From Alphaproteobacteria bacterium (GTDB taxonomy: Bacteria > Pseudomonadota > Alphaproteobacteria > Rs-D84): DNA of 62,539 bases. Below the pieces are notes generated by a model, which worked only from the letters and a program-made list of their open reading frames with translations, had not been told where the DNA came from and did no database searches. Both the position numbers and the translations under genes were made by a program. Positions 43,093 to 53,093 of this stretch are shown one piece after another. How positions within the stretch are numbered: the first letter of the stretch is position 1; every line of letters begins with the position of its first letter. The stretch covers positions 1-62,539 of the forward strand of contig WRJH01000001.1 in assembly GCA_009782315.1 (NCBI GenBank), in the 5' to 3' direction.

Positions 43093-44703
43093 CTACATCA
43101 TATCGTCCGGAATATCATCCATTGCCGGGCCGGCGGGAATGTCCGCCGGTATCGGCGCCGAATTTGGTGCCGCAGGCGGTGGACCGTAATTGTTCCTTTG
43201 CGGCGCGTTGTACGAACCGTATGCGGAATCGTCGTCTTTGAACAATGAATATTCGCTGTGGAATTCCAATCTTATAGTGTCCGGTTTGCCATGACGGTTT
43301 TTGCCGATTATCAATTCGGCCTTGCCCCGGCATTGGTCCAGACGGCGCTTCCAATCTTCGTGTTCTTTCTGCAATTGCATATCCGACCGGCCGGAGATTT
43401 TATCCATAGGGTCGCGGCCCTGCAGATAATATTCTTCGCGATACGTGAACATGACAATGTCGGCGTCCTGTTCGATAGACCCGGATTCGCGAAGGTCCGA
43501 AAGCTGCGGCCGTTTGTCCGTACGGTCTTTGGATTCAACGTTACGCGACAACTGCGACAATGCGATGACCGGCACGTCCAATTCTTTGGCCAGCATTTTC
43601 AATCCGCGCGTGATTTCGGAAAGTTCCTGGACCCTGTTTTCATTACGCCGTCCGCCGGGCGACGTCATCAATTGCAGATAGTCGATTACGATAAGCGCAA
43701 GTCCCCCGTGTTTTCGCGCCAGGCGCCGCGCGCGAGTGCGCATCATCGGAACGCTCATGCCGGGCGTGTCGTCAAAGAACAGCGGCACGGACGAAAGCGC
43801 GTCGGAATACTGCGACATTTTAAGAAAGTCCGAATCGGTCAGGTTGCCGTTTCTCATACTGCTGGACGGGATTTCCGATTGCGACGACAGAACGCGCGCC
43901 GCCAATTGCGACGCGGACATTTCCAAAGAAAAGAACACCACGGCGCCCTTGTAATTCTTGTTCGCATTGCCGGATTTGATTGCGTTCGCCGCGCTGAACG
44001 CCATGTTAATCGCGACGGTTGTTTTACCCATCGCGGGACGGCCGGCGATTATTATCAAATCGGAATTGTGCAGGCCGCTGACCGATTTGTCCAAATCGCG
44101 GAACCCGGTGGTCAGGCCCGATAGTTTGCCGTCGGCCTTGTATGCTATTTCGGCGGCTTCCAAAGCGGCGCGAAGCGATTCGCCCAATGTCTGCGCGCCC
44201 TTGTCGACGGACGCGCCGCTGGTCGACAGGTCGAACAGTTTCTTTTCCGCATCTTCGATTTGCGACGATACGGGTTTGTCCAAATCTTCGACGAACGCGT
44301 TGTCGGTAATGCCCTGGCCGATGCCTATAAGCTCGCGCCGCATTGCATTGTCGTATACTATGCGCGCGTATTGTTCGACATTGACGACGGATGTTCCGGC
44401 GCCCGCAAGCTGTGCCAAATAGTCCGTTCCGCCGACGGATTCCAGAACGCCCTGTTGTTCCAGATAATTTTTAATCGTGATGATGTCGACCGGAAATCCC
44501 GCGGCAAACTGGCGGTCCATCAGTTTATATATTTCTTTGTGCGCGGGGTGGGTGAAATGGTCGGATTTCAAATATTCGCCGAATTTTTCCAACGCGCGGT
44601 TGTTCATCAGAACCGCAGCCAATACCGCTTGTTCGGCCTCTAGATTAGTCGGCAGCTGTTTCGGCGCAAAGTTGATGTTTTCCGTTTCCATGGCAAAAAT
44701 CAT
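43093..44703 (-). CDS. dnaB: replicative DNA helicase DnaB
   Basis: P.N.EAEQAVL N-terminus, Walker A GRPAMGKT, IVIDYLQLM, and LSQLSR, with an extra Pro-rich C-terminal tail. The start may instead be the Met at 44691. Confidence 0.92.
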   Translation of the reverse strand: MIFAMETENINFAPKQLPTNLEAEQAVLAAVLMNNRALEKFGEYLKSDHFTHPAHKEIYKLMDRQFAAGFPVDIITIKNYLEQQGVLESVGGTDYLAQLAGAGTSVVNVEQYARIVYDNAMRRELIGIGQGITDNAFVEDLDKPVSSQIEDAEKKLFDLSTSGASVDKGAQTLGESLRAALEAAEIAYKADGKLSGLTTGFRDLDKSVSGLHNSDLIIIAGRPAMGKTTVAINMAFSAANAIKSGNANKNYKGAVVFFSLEMSASQLAARVLSSQSEIPSSSMRNGNLTDSDFLKMSQYSDALSSVPLFFDDTPGMSVPMMRTRARRLARKHGGLALIVIDYLQLMTSPGGRRNENRVQELSEITRGLKMLAKELDVPVIALSQLSRNVESKDRTDKRPQLSDLRESGSIEQDADIVMFTYREEYYLQGRDPMDKISGRSDMQLQKEHEDWKRRLDQCRGKAELIIGKNRHGKPDTIRLEFHSEYSLFKDDDSAYGSYNAPQRNNYGPPPAAPNSAPIPADIPAGPAMDDIPDDMM

Positions 44704-44754
44704 ACATTAAAAAATTCGGTTTGCAACTTTTATATTTCGCTTTATAATCGGCCT

Positions 44755-46836
44755 GTGACCAAAGAATTATTTGATTTGCTGAATACTGATTTACAGTTTG
44801 TAAAGGGCATCGGCCCGGTGCTGGCCGCGCGCCTTTCCGATTTGCTGGGCGGACGGCGGGTTTTGGATTTCTTGCTGCATAAACCGCATTATGTAAAGCC
44901 GCGCGGGATTCAGGACTCTGTTCTGGACGCAAAACCCGGCGAAGTCTTGACCATTCCGGTCCAGGTTGTCAGCCATAAAAAAGGCGGCGTTTTCAAATCC
45001 GGCAAGCGGGCGCCGACGCAGATACTTTGCCGCGACAAAATGGGCGCGGAATTAAAGGTGTATTTTTACAATGTGAATTTTCTGGATTATTGGTTGGAAA
45101 AACTGCCCGTAAACGAATGGCGTATTATCAGCGGCCGATTGGAATTTTCCGGCCGCGGCGCGTCCATTACCCATCCGGACTTTATCGAAAAAATCGAAGA
45201 CCGGCATAAAATCCCGGAATACCAGGCGATATATCCGATTGGCGAAGGATTGACGCAGCGCGTCATGGCGAACGCAAGAGATGCAATTTTTTCAAAATTG
45301 CATCAGAGCATAGAGCAAAGAGCAAAGAGCATAGATGATTTTTTTAATTCCCTTGAAAAAATTCACTATCCGAAATCGAACGAAGACCTGGCGGCGGGGA
45401 ATGAAAACATCGCGGCGCTGGCGTACGCCGAATTGTTCGCGCACCAGGTTGCGATTGTTCAGACGCGCGAACGGCGAAAGCGCGGAATCGTCGGCCGCTC
45501 TATTTCCGGCGACGGGACCCTTCGTGAAAAATTATACGCGTCTTTGCCGTTCAAACTGACCGCGGCGCAAAGCCGCGCGATAGAGGAAATAGAGGCCGAC
45601 ATGGCAAGCGCCGAGCCCATGCTGCGCCTGGTCCAGGGAGACGTCGGTTCGGGCAAGACAATGGTTGCATTGGCGGCCGCTTTGAACGCGGCGGAATGCA
45701 AATTGCAGACGGCGATTATGGCGCCGACGGATACGCTTGCCCAACAGCATTTTGCAAAGATAAAACCTATGTGCGACGCGTTCGGCGTCGTGTGCGAAAT
45801 ATTGACCGGCCGGGACAAGGGCGCCGCGCAGAAAGAAAAACTGATTTCCATACGTTCGGGCCGCACAAAGATTGTAATCGGCACGCACGCGCTGTTCCAG
45901 GAATCTGTCGAATACAAAGATTTGGGGCTGGTGATTATCGACGAACAACATCGCTTTGGAGTGGCCCAGCGCGCGGCGCTGTGCGCAAAGGGCGCGAATC
46001 CGGATTTCGTCGCGCTGTCGGCGACGCCGATTCCGCGGACTTTGTCCATGACGATTTACGGCGATATGGATGTTTCTGTAATCGACCAGAAGCCGGCCGG
46101 CCGCATGCCTATTAAAACCGTGACTTTGGCCGTGGACCGGATTATGGCGCTGGTCGGCCGGGTAAAGGCGCAATTGGATGCGGGTGCGAAAGTATTCTGG
46201 GTCTGTCCGCTGGTTGCGGAAAACGAAGACATGGATTTTGCTGCGGCGGAAACACGGTATGAATTCTTGAAAAAATATTTCGGCGACGATGTCGGTCTGG
46301 TCCATGGACAAATGGATAAAAAATCACGCGATTGCGTCATGGCGGAATTCGCGGACACAGGCGGCAAGATAAAATTATTGGTCGCGACCAGTGTGATAGA
46401 GGTCGGCATAGACGTGCCGTCCGCGACGATTATGGTGATAGAGAATGCGGAAAAATTCGGCCTGTCCGCATTGCACCAATTGCGCGGGCGCGTGGGCCGC
46501 GGCGGGGACCAGTCTTTTTGCGTGCTGCTGCACGGCGAAAGATTGACCGAAGATGGCGAAAAGCGTCTGGCCGTTTTGGTTGACACCGACGACGGGTTTG
46601 CGATTGCGGAACAGGATTTGATGATGCGCGGCGCGGGCGAATTGCTGGGCAGCCGGCAAAGCGGTTGGATACCGTATCATTTCGTCGATTACCGCGAACA
46701 TCGCGATTTGTTCAAACTGGCGGCGCGGAATGCGGTTGAATTGGTCGAATCGGATTCGAAATTGGAATCGGCGGCGGGCGCCGGCGCGCGCGATTTGATG
46801 TATATATTCGACCGCGATGTAAAAATTTCCGGGTGA
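44755..46836 (+). CDS. recG: ATP-dependent DNA helicase RecG
   Basis: 693 aa, GTG start. Wedge domain, helicase motifs GDVGSGKT, DEQHRFGV, SATPIPRT, LHQLRGRVGRG. Confidence 0.92.
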   Translation: MTKELFDLLNTDLQFVKGIGPVLAARLSDLLGGRRVLDFLLHKPHYVKPRGIQDSVLDAKPGEVLTIPVQVVSHKKGGVFKSGKRAPTQILCRDKMGAELKVYFYNVNFLDYWLEKLPVNEWRIISGRLEFSGRGASITHPDFIEKIEDRHKIPEYQAIYPIGEGLTQRVMANARDAIFSKLHQSIEQRAKSIDDFFNSLEKIHYPKSNEDLAAGNENIAALAYAELFAHQVAIVQTRERRKRGIVGRSISGDGTLREKLYASLPFKLTAAQSRAIEEIEADMASAEPMLRLVQGDVGSGKTMVALAAALNAAECKLQTAIMAPTDTLAQQHFAKIKPMCDAFGVVCEILTGRDKGAAQKEKLISIRSGRTKIVIGTHALFQESVEYKDLGLVIIDEQHRFGVAQRAALCAKGANPDFVALSATPIPRTLSMTIYGDMDVSVIDQKPAGRMPIKTVTLAVDRIMALVGRVKAQLDAGAKVFWVCPLVAENEDMDFAAAETRYEFLKKYFGDDVGLVHGQMDKKSRDCVMAEFADTGGKIKLLVATSVIEVGIDVPSATIMVIENAEKFGLSALHQLRGRVGRGGDQSFCVLLHGERLTEDGEKRLAVLVDTDDGFAIAEQDLMMRGAGELLGSRQSGWIPYHFVDYREHRDLFKLAARNAVELVESDSKLESAAGAGARDLMYIFDRDVKISG
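45304..45337. repeat. one-armed heptamer array (AGAGCAT/AGAGCAA) inside recG
   Basis: CAGAGCATAGAGCAAAGAGCAAAGAGCATAGATG, translated as QSIEQRAKSIDD. Confidence 0.7.
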
Positions 46837-46839
46837 TGT

Positions 46840-49449
46840 TTATGGGTTTTTATTGCAACAGGACAAACCAAGCGGCAGTTGGGCGCATGCCGGAAGCGCA
46901 AGACAGGCCGGAACACTGAACGTTCCCGCAATGTCCGCAATAATTGTATTGGCGGGTATCCCTGTTGTGGATTTGCATATGGGGCCCTCCTTTGCTCCTA
47001 TGCCGCCGGTTGTGCCATCATTACAGGGTTTGCAGGTTGTCTTTCCTTCTTCGTCTTGATATTGCTGCACCGGGCATTCGTTGCAGGACGCCTGCCCCTG
47101 TTGGTCTTGGTATGACCCGGCGGCGCAAGAATTGCAAGATGTTTGTCCCGGCTTGTCTTGGTATGATCCCGCCGGACATTTTTCGCACAATTCACCTTTT
47201 GGAGAAAAATATCCGGCGTCACAATCCACACATAAAGACTGGTCGCTATTGGGATGTTTGCCGACATCGCACTGTGTACACGACACGCTGTCTGCGGACA
47301 CGTGTCCGGTTGGGCATTTTTCCCATCTGGCGTATAATGTTCCCGTTCCGCTGGCAAACGCGGTATTTGTTGTAAATTCTCCTCCGGGGATATTTTTATT
47401 TATTACTTGTGTTCCGCCGGTGGACGCGCTGGTGTCATAATATCCTTGGAATAAATGGCCGGGCCGCGTGGGGTTGGCCGTCAGTTTTCCAATACTAGAA
47501 CCGCTGCAATTATTACTTGCAAACCAGTTTGCGTTGTATCTCTGGGATACGGATGCCGGGGTGCCGCCGGTACCCCCGTTATGGTCAAGCGTTACAGGTA
47601 CGCAATTCGCGCCCCATACTGCGGCCAAAGTAATTTCCCCGCTGAAAGCCGCCTGTGCAATGCTTTGCCCAGCATTGAAATTATGACTGCCGCTGCAAAT
47701 GCCGGGCCTTCCCCCGGAACACAACCAATTGGAGAACGCCTGGCCGGTGGGCGGCGTATAGGTATTGGCCGGCGCGTTGCAGGTGCCGCCGAAAATACAG
47801 GATGTCGGACTGGTCGGCGCGCTGCCTGTGCCCGCCGGATTGCCGGGCGCGTATCTCACGTTAAAAGTATTCGGCGTACAGGCGTTTCCATTATCGGAAC
47901 CATTTTTAGTATATCCATCGTTGCAAATGTTTATTCTGCAAAATATTGGATTATTGTTGTTCCAGTTCGGTGCGACAAAGGTTGCCGCGCCGGATTTGTT
48001 GGTGCAATCGGTGCAAGTGTTGGACGTGGTGGAATTGGCCTTTTGCGAACCCGCGGGTGTCCCGCCGGTGCATACAGAACAGCTGGTGTTAGTGTTGTTT
48101 GCGGCGTTGTAAGAGCCATCGGCACATGCCGGACACGTATTTCCGCTTTTATATCGGCCGGCGGCGCATTGGTTCACGGTGCATGTGGTGGCGCAATTTG
48201 TTTCGCAATAGGGATTCCCGCCGCCGTTTACAACGCCGCCGGTGATTTTGGTGGCGGTACAGCTGCATCTGCCGGGCGCCGCAAAATTGGCCGCGCCCTG
48301 TATATCATTCGTGTTGCATGGCCGGGTGCAATGGGTCACTTCAGACCGTCCGGTGGCACCGTTTGTATCGAAACCGGAAAGACACCAGTTGATGCCTTGG
48401 TCGGTAGAAGCGGACGGTGTAAAAGTATCGCCCGGGCACCAGTTGTTTACCGGACAAGTTACGCAAGTGCCGCTGCCCGCTGGCAGATATTGCCCGGCCG
48501 GGCAGGTGATGTTGTTTACACAGGCCTCTGTATAGTTAGTCAAATTGACCTTTCTGACTGTGTCGTGGCTGGTTACTGAAACAATTTTTGGCAAAAGACC
48601 GGGAACTTGGGCATAACCGGTTTTACATCTGTCAAGCCTGCACTTATCACTGCAACTTTTCAATTGAAATCCAAGGGTTCTGTTGTTGTAATCAGAATTG
48701 AGAGTGATATCCACGCATTCATAACATACATTGTTGCCCAATGTTGTGTCACTCTCACAGTTTATTCCGGCCAGCAGGGCATGGCCACCAAAATAGTTGA
48801 CGACAGGGTCTTGACATAAAGCTGTTCCCATAAGACGTTCGGTGACGCCATTAGTGTCAATTTCATTGCGGAATATAAATGATGCAGAGGCGCTATAATT
48901 ATTATTATTGCGTCTGTAATTTAGCACAGTATCTTCTGGTATAAGGCTGCAAATATTATACATGGTATTGGTTTCACAATTATTTTTCCTAAACTCATTA
49001 CATAATGGCGTTGCACTAGAGTTGCTTGAATGGTAAGAAGCGATGGCGCTGTTACTAAGGCATTGCGCGCATGCATTAGTCCAATCTTCGTCCCAACCGC
49101 CGTAATATCCACCAAAGTTCCAGATGCTATCATTGTTTATATTAAAATTGCACATGGTGCAATGGTTATCGACTATGCACTTGCTGAAATGGTACATACA
49201 TAGGTGTTGCTTAATAGGTACGGATTCTATATAAGTGCCATATTCGGTTTCTAACGGAATGCCATAGTCATAAAAACTGTACCTATATCCCACTTCCAAA
49301 TTATCAACATAATTGCCAGCCCCAGGGTTCCATGGACCCGCCGTTGATGTTGGGTTGGGGCCCATCGAGCATTGCGCCACCGCATCGCGCGTGCCGAAGC
49401 ACATCGCAATCAACACAATCACCGGCAAAAAGGCAAGTTTTGTTTTCAA
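46840..49449 (-). CDS. giant secreted Cys-rich protein (869 aa) with a Listeria-Bacteroides repeat and CxxCxxGxY (ephrin-receptor/GCC2_GCC3-like) modules
   Basis: Signal peptide MKTKLAFLPVIVLIAMCFGTRDAVA. VTLDHNGGTGG...RPGHLFQGYYDT...GGTQV...LYARW. C-terminal CEKCPAGSYQDKPGQTSCNSCAAGSYQDQQGQASCNECPVQQYQDEEGKTTCKPC. Confidence 0.7.
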   Translation of the reverse strand: MKTKLAFLPVIVLIAMCFGTRDAVAQCSMGPNPTSTAGPWNPGAGNYVDNLEVGYRYSFYDYGIPLETEYGTYIESVPIKQHLCMYHFSKCIVDNHCTMCNFNINNDSIWNFGGYYGGWDEDWTNACAQCLSNSAIASYHSSNSSATPLCNEFRKNNCETNTMYNICSLIPEDTVLNYRRNNNNYSASASFIFRNEIDTNGVTERLMGTALCQDPVVNYFGGHALLAGINCESDTTLGNNVCYECVDITLNSDYNNRTLGFQLKSCSDKCRLDRCKTGYAQVPGLLPKIVSVTSHDTVRKVNLTNYTEACVNNITCPAGQYLPAGSGTCVTCPVNNWCPGDTFTPSASTDQGINWCLSGFDTNGATGRSEVTHCTRPCNTNDIQGAANFAAPGRCSCTATKITGGVVNGGGNPYCETNCATTCTVNQCAAGRYKSGNTCPACADGSYNAANNTNTSCSVCTGGTPAGSQKANSTTSNTCTDCTNKSGAATFVAPNWNNNNPIFCRINICNDGYTKNGSDNGNACTPNTFNVRYAPGNPAGTGSAPTSPTSCIFGGTCNAPANTYTPPTGQAFSNWLCSGGRPGICSGSHNFNAGQSIAQAAFSGEITLAAVWGANCVPVTLDHNGGTGGTPASVSQRYNANWFASNNCSGSSIGKLTANPTRPGHLFQGYYDTSASTGGTQVINKNIPGGEFTTNTAFASGTGTLYARWEKCPTGHVSADSVSCTQCDVGKHPNSDQSLCVDCDAGYFSPKGELCEKCPAGSYQDKPGQTSCNSCAAGSYQDQQGQASCNECPVQQYQDEEGKTTCKPCNDGTTGGIGAKEGPICKSTTGIPANTIIADIAGTFSVPACLALPACAQLPLGLSCCNKNP

Positions 49450-49547
49450 ACGCCCCCCGTTATCAATTATACAGCACGATTATTGCAAAATAAAACAGGG
49501 TAATGCAATGGTAAAATAATCTTTCTTTGCATTCCCGTCCCATCCAC

Positions 49548-49704
49548 GTCATTGCGAGAAGCGCAAGTCCGACGTGGAACGTCGGCGCGCGCGCCGAAGC
49601 AATCCAGTAAATAGAGTGCGCCAGCAAAGCTGGCGCGACAATATGCTGGATTGCCGCGTCGCGTTTGCAGACACTTCGTGTCAGACAAACGCTCCTCGCA
49701 ATGA
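49548..49704. repeat. R2 palindromic element, copy 2
   Basis: GTCATTGCGAG...GAAGCAATCCAG...CTGGATTGCCGCGTCGCGTTTGCAGAC...GTCAGACAAACGCTCCTCGCAATGAC. Same orientation as copy 1. Confidence 0.8.
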
Positions 49705-49784
49705 CGGACTGGGTATGGGCGGATATATCCGCCCATACATTAATATTGCCAAACCGTAAATTTTGTTGTATATATCATTCCGCG

Positions 49785-52106
49785 ATGAAGAAATTCCATG
49801 CCGCTTATCTTGCCCTGCTGGTCACGGCGCTTTTGACTTTTTCGGCTTTTGCCGAAGTTGTCAAAATCATATCCGTTTCCGGAAACCGCCGAATGGACGC
49901 GGAATCCGTGCGCATCATGACGGATGTAAAGGTTGGCGACAATCTGGACACCGCGGGACTTAACCGCGTCGCCAAAAAATTACAGGCCACCGGTCTTTTT
50001 TCCAAATCTTCCGTCGAGATGTCCGGCGGCGTTTTGAATATCGCCGTTACGGAATCGCCCGTCGTCAATATGGTGACGATAGAAGGCAACGACGAAATAT
50101 CCACCGACGATTTGAAAAAGGAAATCCGCCTGCGCGAACGGTCCGCGTACGACGAATCCGCCATCGGCGCGGATGTTCAGCGCATGCTGACCGTGTATCA
50201 GCGCAAAGGTTTTTTCGGAACGAAAATAGAGCCTAAACGCATCGAACTGGACGGCGGCCGCGTGAACATTGTGTATGAAATCACCGAAGGCCACCCGACG
50301 CGAATCAAAGATATAAAATTCACCGGAAATAAAAAATTCAGTTCGCGCACCCTGCGTTCCGAAGTATTGTCGCGCGAATACGCTTGGTGGAAATTCATGG
50401 CGTCTTTCGACAATTACGACGAAGACCGCATACAATACGACCAACAGCTGTTGCGCCAATTCTATCTGCGCAACGGATTCGTCGATTTTCAAATCAAATC
50501 AGCAAACGGCGTGTTTTCCCCCGACCGCAAATATTTTTCCGTAACGTTCGATATTCACGAAGGAAATCGTTACAAGTTCGGAAAGATGTCCGTCGAAAAT
50601 CCCTTTCCGGATGTCGACGACAAAAAACTGATGGACCTGATTAAAATGGACCCGGGCGATTATTACAACATCGACCTGGTTGACGGCACCATCAGCGCTT
50701 TGCGCAACGCTGTCGCGGAACAGGGATACGCATTCATAAACATTGACGTGATTCCGACCAAAAACGACGAAGCCCGCACCATAGATTTGGTGTTCCAGAT
50801 TCAAAAGACAAACCGCATATATATAAACAAAGTGTCCATTCTGGGCAATGTGCGGACTTTCGATTCGGTTATAGAGCACTTGCTGCAAGTCCGTTCGGGC
50901 GACCCCTTTAACCGCCAGGAAATAGAAAGCGGCCGCCAGCGGTTAATGCGCACGCGATACTTTAAATCCGTCGACATGGTGCCGACGCGCATCGAAGATT
51001 CCAACCTGATGAACCTGGACGTAAAGGTCGAAGAACAGCCGACAGGCGAACTTTCTGGGGGACTTGGCTGGTCCAACATCAACGGGTTCATGCTGGACGC
51101 CGGCATCACGGAAAACAATTTCATGGGCCGCGGCCAGACGGTGCAATTGCGCGGGTCGCTGGCGCAATACCAGAAACAGGCGATGTTCAGCTTTACCGAA
51201 CCGTATCTGTTCGGGCGCGCGCTGTCCGCCGGATTCGACGTCAATTATACCATGTACAACTATTCGTCTTTGGGGTCTCTTGGGTACGACCGCGACAGCT
51301 TTATGGTGGCGGGCCGTTTGGGCTGGAAACTGACCGACAACTGGACCCAGATGGTGCGCTTGTCCGCGGCTTTCGACCAGAATCTTGACCTGCACGCGAC
51401 CGGCGGCCAGTGGCAGTCTGTGAACCTTTACACGCTTGGCACGAATTTCCGTTATCACAATCTGGATACGGATTTCGCGCAACAGACGCATGACGGCGTC
51501 ATCGGCAATATTGGTGTGGCGTATACTGGATTCGGAAGCACGGAAACATTCATGCGGTACGATGCGTCCATTACCGGATTGTATAAATTCCTGGACAACC
51601 GGTGGCAGTTGAAATCCGAACTGGGCGCCGGATTGTTACAGCCCTTGACGGATGACGAATATATTTCGCGTATGTACCGTTACTTTCTGGGCGGGGAATC
51701 TTTGCGCGGGTTCAACGTCGCGGGCGTTGGTTCGCGCAACTGGGCCTTTCGGAATTATGCGACCGGCGGCCTGTGGAAAATCAACGGCACGACCCAGCTG
51801 AATTTCCCGGTGTTTATTCCCGATGAATACCAGGTAAAGGGATTCGTGTTCACCGATTACGGCATATTGGGCCGCCCGCCGAAAAAAGAGTTTTCATATA
51901 AGCCGGCCAGCGCTGGATTTACATGTCCGGATTGGAATCCCGGATGCGAAAATTTCATAGACCAGGATTGGCGCGTGTCGTACGGTATCGGCGTATATTG
52001 GAATACTCCGATGGGGCCGATGAATTTCTCTTGGGGCTGGCCGCTTTTATCCAAAGAATACGACCGGGAACAGAAATTCCTGCTTTCTTTCGCGACACAG
52101 TTTTAG
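49785..52106 (+). CDS. bamA: outer membrane protein assembly factor BamA
   Basis: Start at MKKFHAAYLALLVTALLTFSAFA. POTRA repeats (I..I.V.GN.R), a C-terminal beta-barrel and a terminal aromatic residue (...SFATQF). Confidence 0.9.
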   Translation: MKKFHAAYLALLVTALLTFSAFAEVVKIISVSGNRRMDAESVRIMTDVKVGDNLDTAGLNRVAKKLQATGLFSKSSVEMSGGVLNIAVTESPVVNMVTIEGNDEISTDDLKKEIRLRERSAYDESAIGADVQRMLTVYQRKGFFGTKIEPKRIELDGGRVNIVYEITEGHPTRIKDIKFTGNKKFSSRTLRSEVLSREYAWWKFMASFDNYDEDRIQYDQQLLRQFYLRNGFVDFQIKSANGVFSPDRKYFSVTFDIHEGNRYKFGKMSVENPFPDVDDKKLMDLIKMDPGDYYNIDLVDGTISALRNAVAEQGYAFINIDVIPTKNDEARTIDLVFQIQKTNRIYINKVSILGNVRTFDSVIEHLLQVRSGDPFNRQEIESGRQRLMRTRYFKSVDMVPTRIEDSNLMNLDVKVEEQPTGELSGGLGWSNINGFMLDAGITENNFMGRGQTVQLRGSLAQYQKQAMFSFTEPYLFGRALSAGFDVNYTMYNYSSLGSLGYDRDSFMVAGRLGWKLTDNWTQMVRLSAAFDQNLDLHATGGQWQSVNLYTLGTNFRYHNLDTDFAQQTHDGVIGNIGVAYTGFGSTETFMRYDASITGLYKFLDNRWQLKSELGAGLLQPLTDDEYISRMYRYFLGGESLRGFNVAGVGSRNWAFRNYATGGLWKINGTTQLNFPVFIPDEYQVKGFVFTDYGILGRPPKKEFSYKPASAGFTCPDWNPGCENFIDQDWRVSYGIGVYWNTPMGPMNFSWGWPLLSKEYDREQKFLLSFATQF

Positions 52107-52159
52107 TTGACACGCCGCCCCGGAATTCCCTATAATCAAAGAAATATGAAAGGGAGATT

Positions 52160-52309
52160 ATGATGAAGAAATTCGCATACCTATTTTTTGCTATGCTGGT
52201 GCTTGCCGGATGCGGCCAGGTTTACGACCGCGTGCCGATTGGAATCGGATTCGATAACGATGAATTAAAACTGTCGCCGTGCGCATGCATCCGGGTATGG
52301 CAAGCCTGA
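52160..52309 (+). CDS. small lipoprotein (49 aa), VirB7/ComB7-like candidate
   Basis: Hand translation MMKKFAYLFFAMLVLAGCGQVYDRVPIGIGFDNDELKLSPCACIRVWQA. AGGGAG SD and lipobox LAG-C. ELKLSPC resembles the ..KKSPC.. motif recalled from ComB7/VirB7-type lipoproteins. Sits directly upstream of VirB8 paralogs. Confidence 0.45.
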   Translation: MMKKFAYLFFAMLVLAGCGQVYDRVPIGIGFDNDELKLSPCACIRVWQA

Positions 52310-52318
52310 CGGCTTTGC

Positions 52319-52394
52319 AGGTAAGAGGTAATAGGTAATAGGTAATAGGTAGAAGTTTTCATACCTTGTACCTTATACCTTTTACCTTATACCT
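52319..52394. repeat. inverted heptamer array (AGGTAWW family)
   Basis: AGGTAAGAGGTAATAGGTAATAGGTAATAGGTAGAAG-TTTT-CATACCTTGTACCTTATACCTTTTACCTTATACCT. Same unit type as 16569-16645. Confidence 0.8.
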
Positions 52395-52418
52395 GCTTGC
52401 GAGCAAAGCGAGCAAGCA

Positions 52419-53093
52419 ATGGATTATCCAAACAATTTCGATACACCGCCGTTTCCTGAATCGCGCAAGATTGCCTTGTCGCGGTTCGCGGCCGTATGGT
52501 ATTTGGTTTTGTTTTTCGTAATAGCGTCGCTGTGCGGTCTGGTTGTCTGGACGGTGCATTCGGTGCGGCTTTCCCCTTATATTATTTCCATCGACAATGT
52601 TACCGGCGAATGGCGGGTGATAAGCGAAAAATCAAAATCGGACGACGCGGTTTCAAAAGAAATTTCGATGCAGGAATCCGTCGTGTGGCGCTTTGCGACC
52701 GAATGGTTCAGGGTGACGGAGAGCGCCGCCCGGAACGCCGCCAATTGGTGCGAATGCGAGGTGGCATCGTGCGCCGGCACCGCGTGCTTTATCTGCTGCG
52801 CTTCGGACGCTTTGCTTTACAAAAGTTTTTCCGAAAGCGTTCTGCCGGTTTACAAGGACATGGCGGAAGGGGGTGAAACGCAAAGGCTGCGCCGGGATTC
52901 GATTACCATATCGCCGGTATCCGGACCGGACGGTCGCGGCGGAATGTGGCGCGCCCAGGCGGTTTTGGAACAGTCCGCCGGCCCCGATAGAAATATGGAA
53001 ATATACGTCCGCGTGCAGCGGAACGAAAGCGTATATCCGCTGACGCTGGGGTATTATGTCGCGGATTTTAACTGGTATGTGACGGGAATATGA
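52419..53093 (+). CDS. VirB8-family paralog
   Basis: 224 aa. N-terminal cytoplasmic tail, one TM, RLSPYIISIDNVTGEWRVI (VirB8 PY...VD..TG pattern), SMQESVVWRFATEWFRV. Confidence 0.6.
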   Translation: MDYPNNFDTPPFPESRKIALSRFAAVWYLVLFFVIASLCGLVVWTVHSVRLSPYIISIDNVTGEWRVISEKSKSDDAVSKEISMQESVVWRFATEWFRVTESAARNAANWCECEVASCAGTACFICCASDALLYKSFSESVLPVYKDMAEGGETQRLRRDSITISPVSGPDGRGGMWRAQAVLEQSAGPDRNMEIYVRVQRNESVYPLTLGYYVADFNWYVTGI

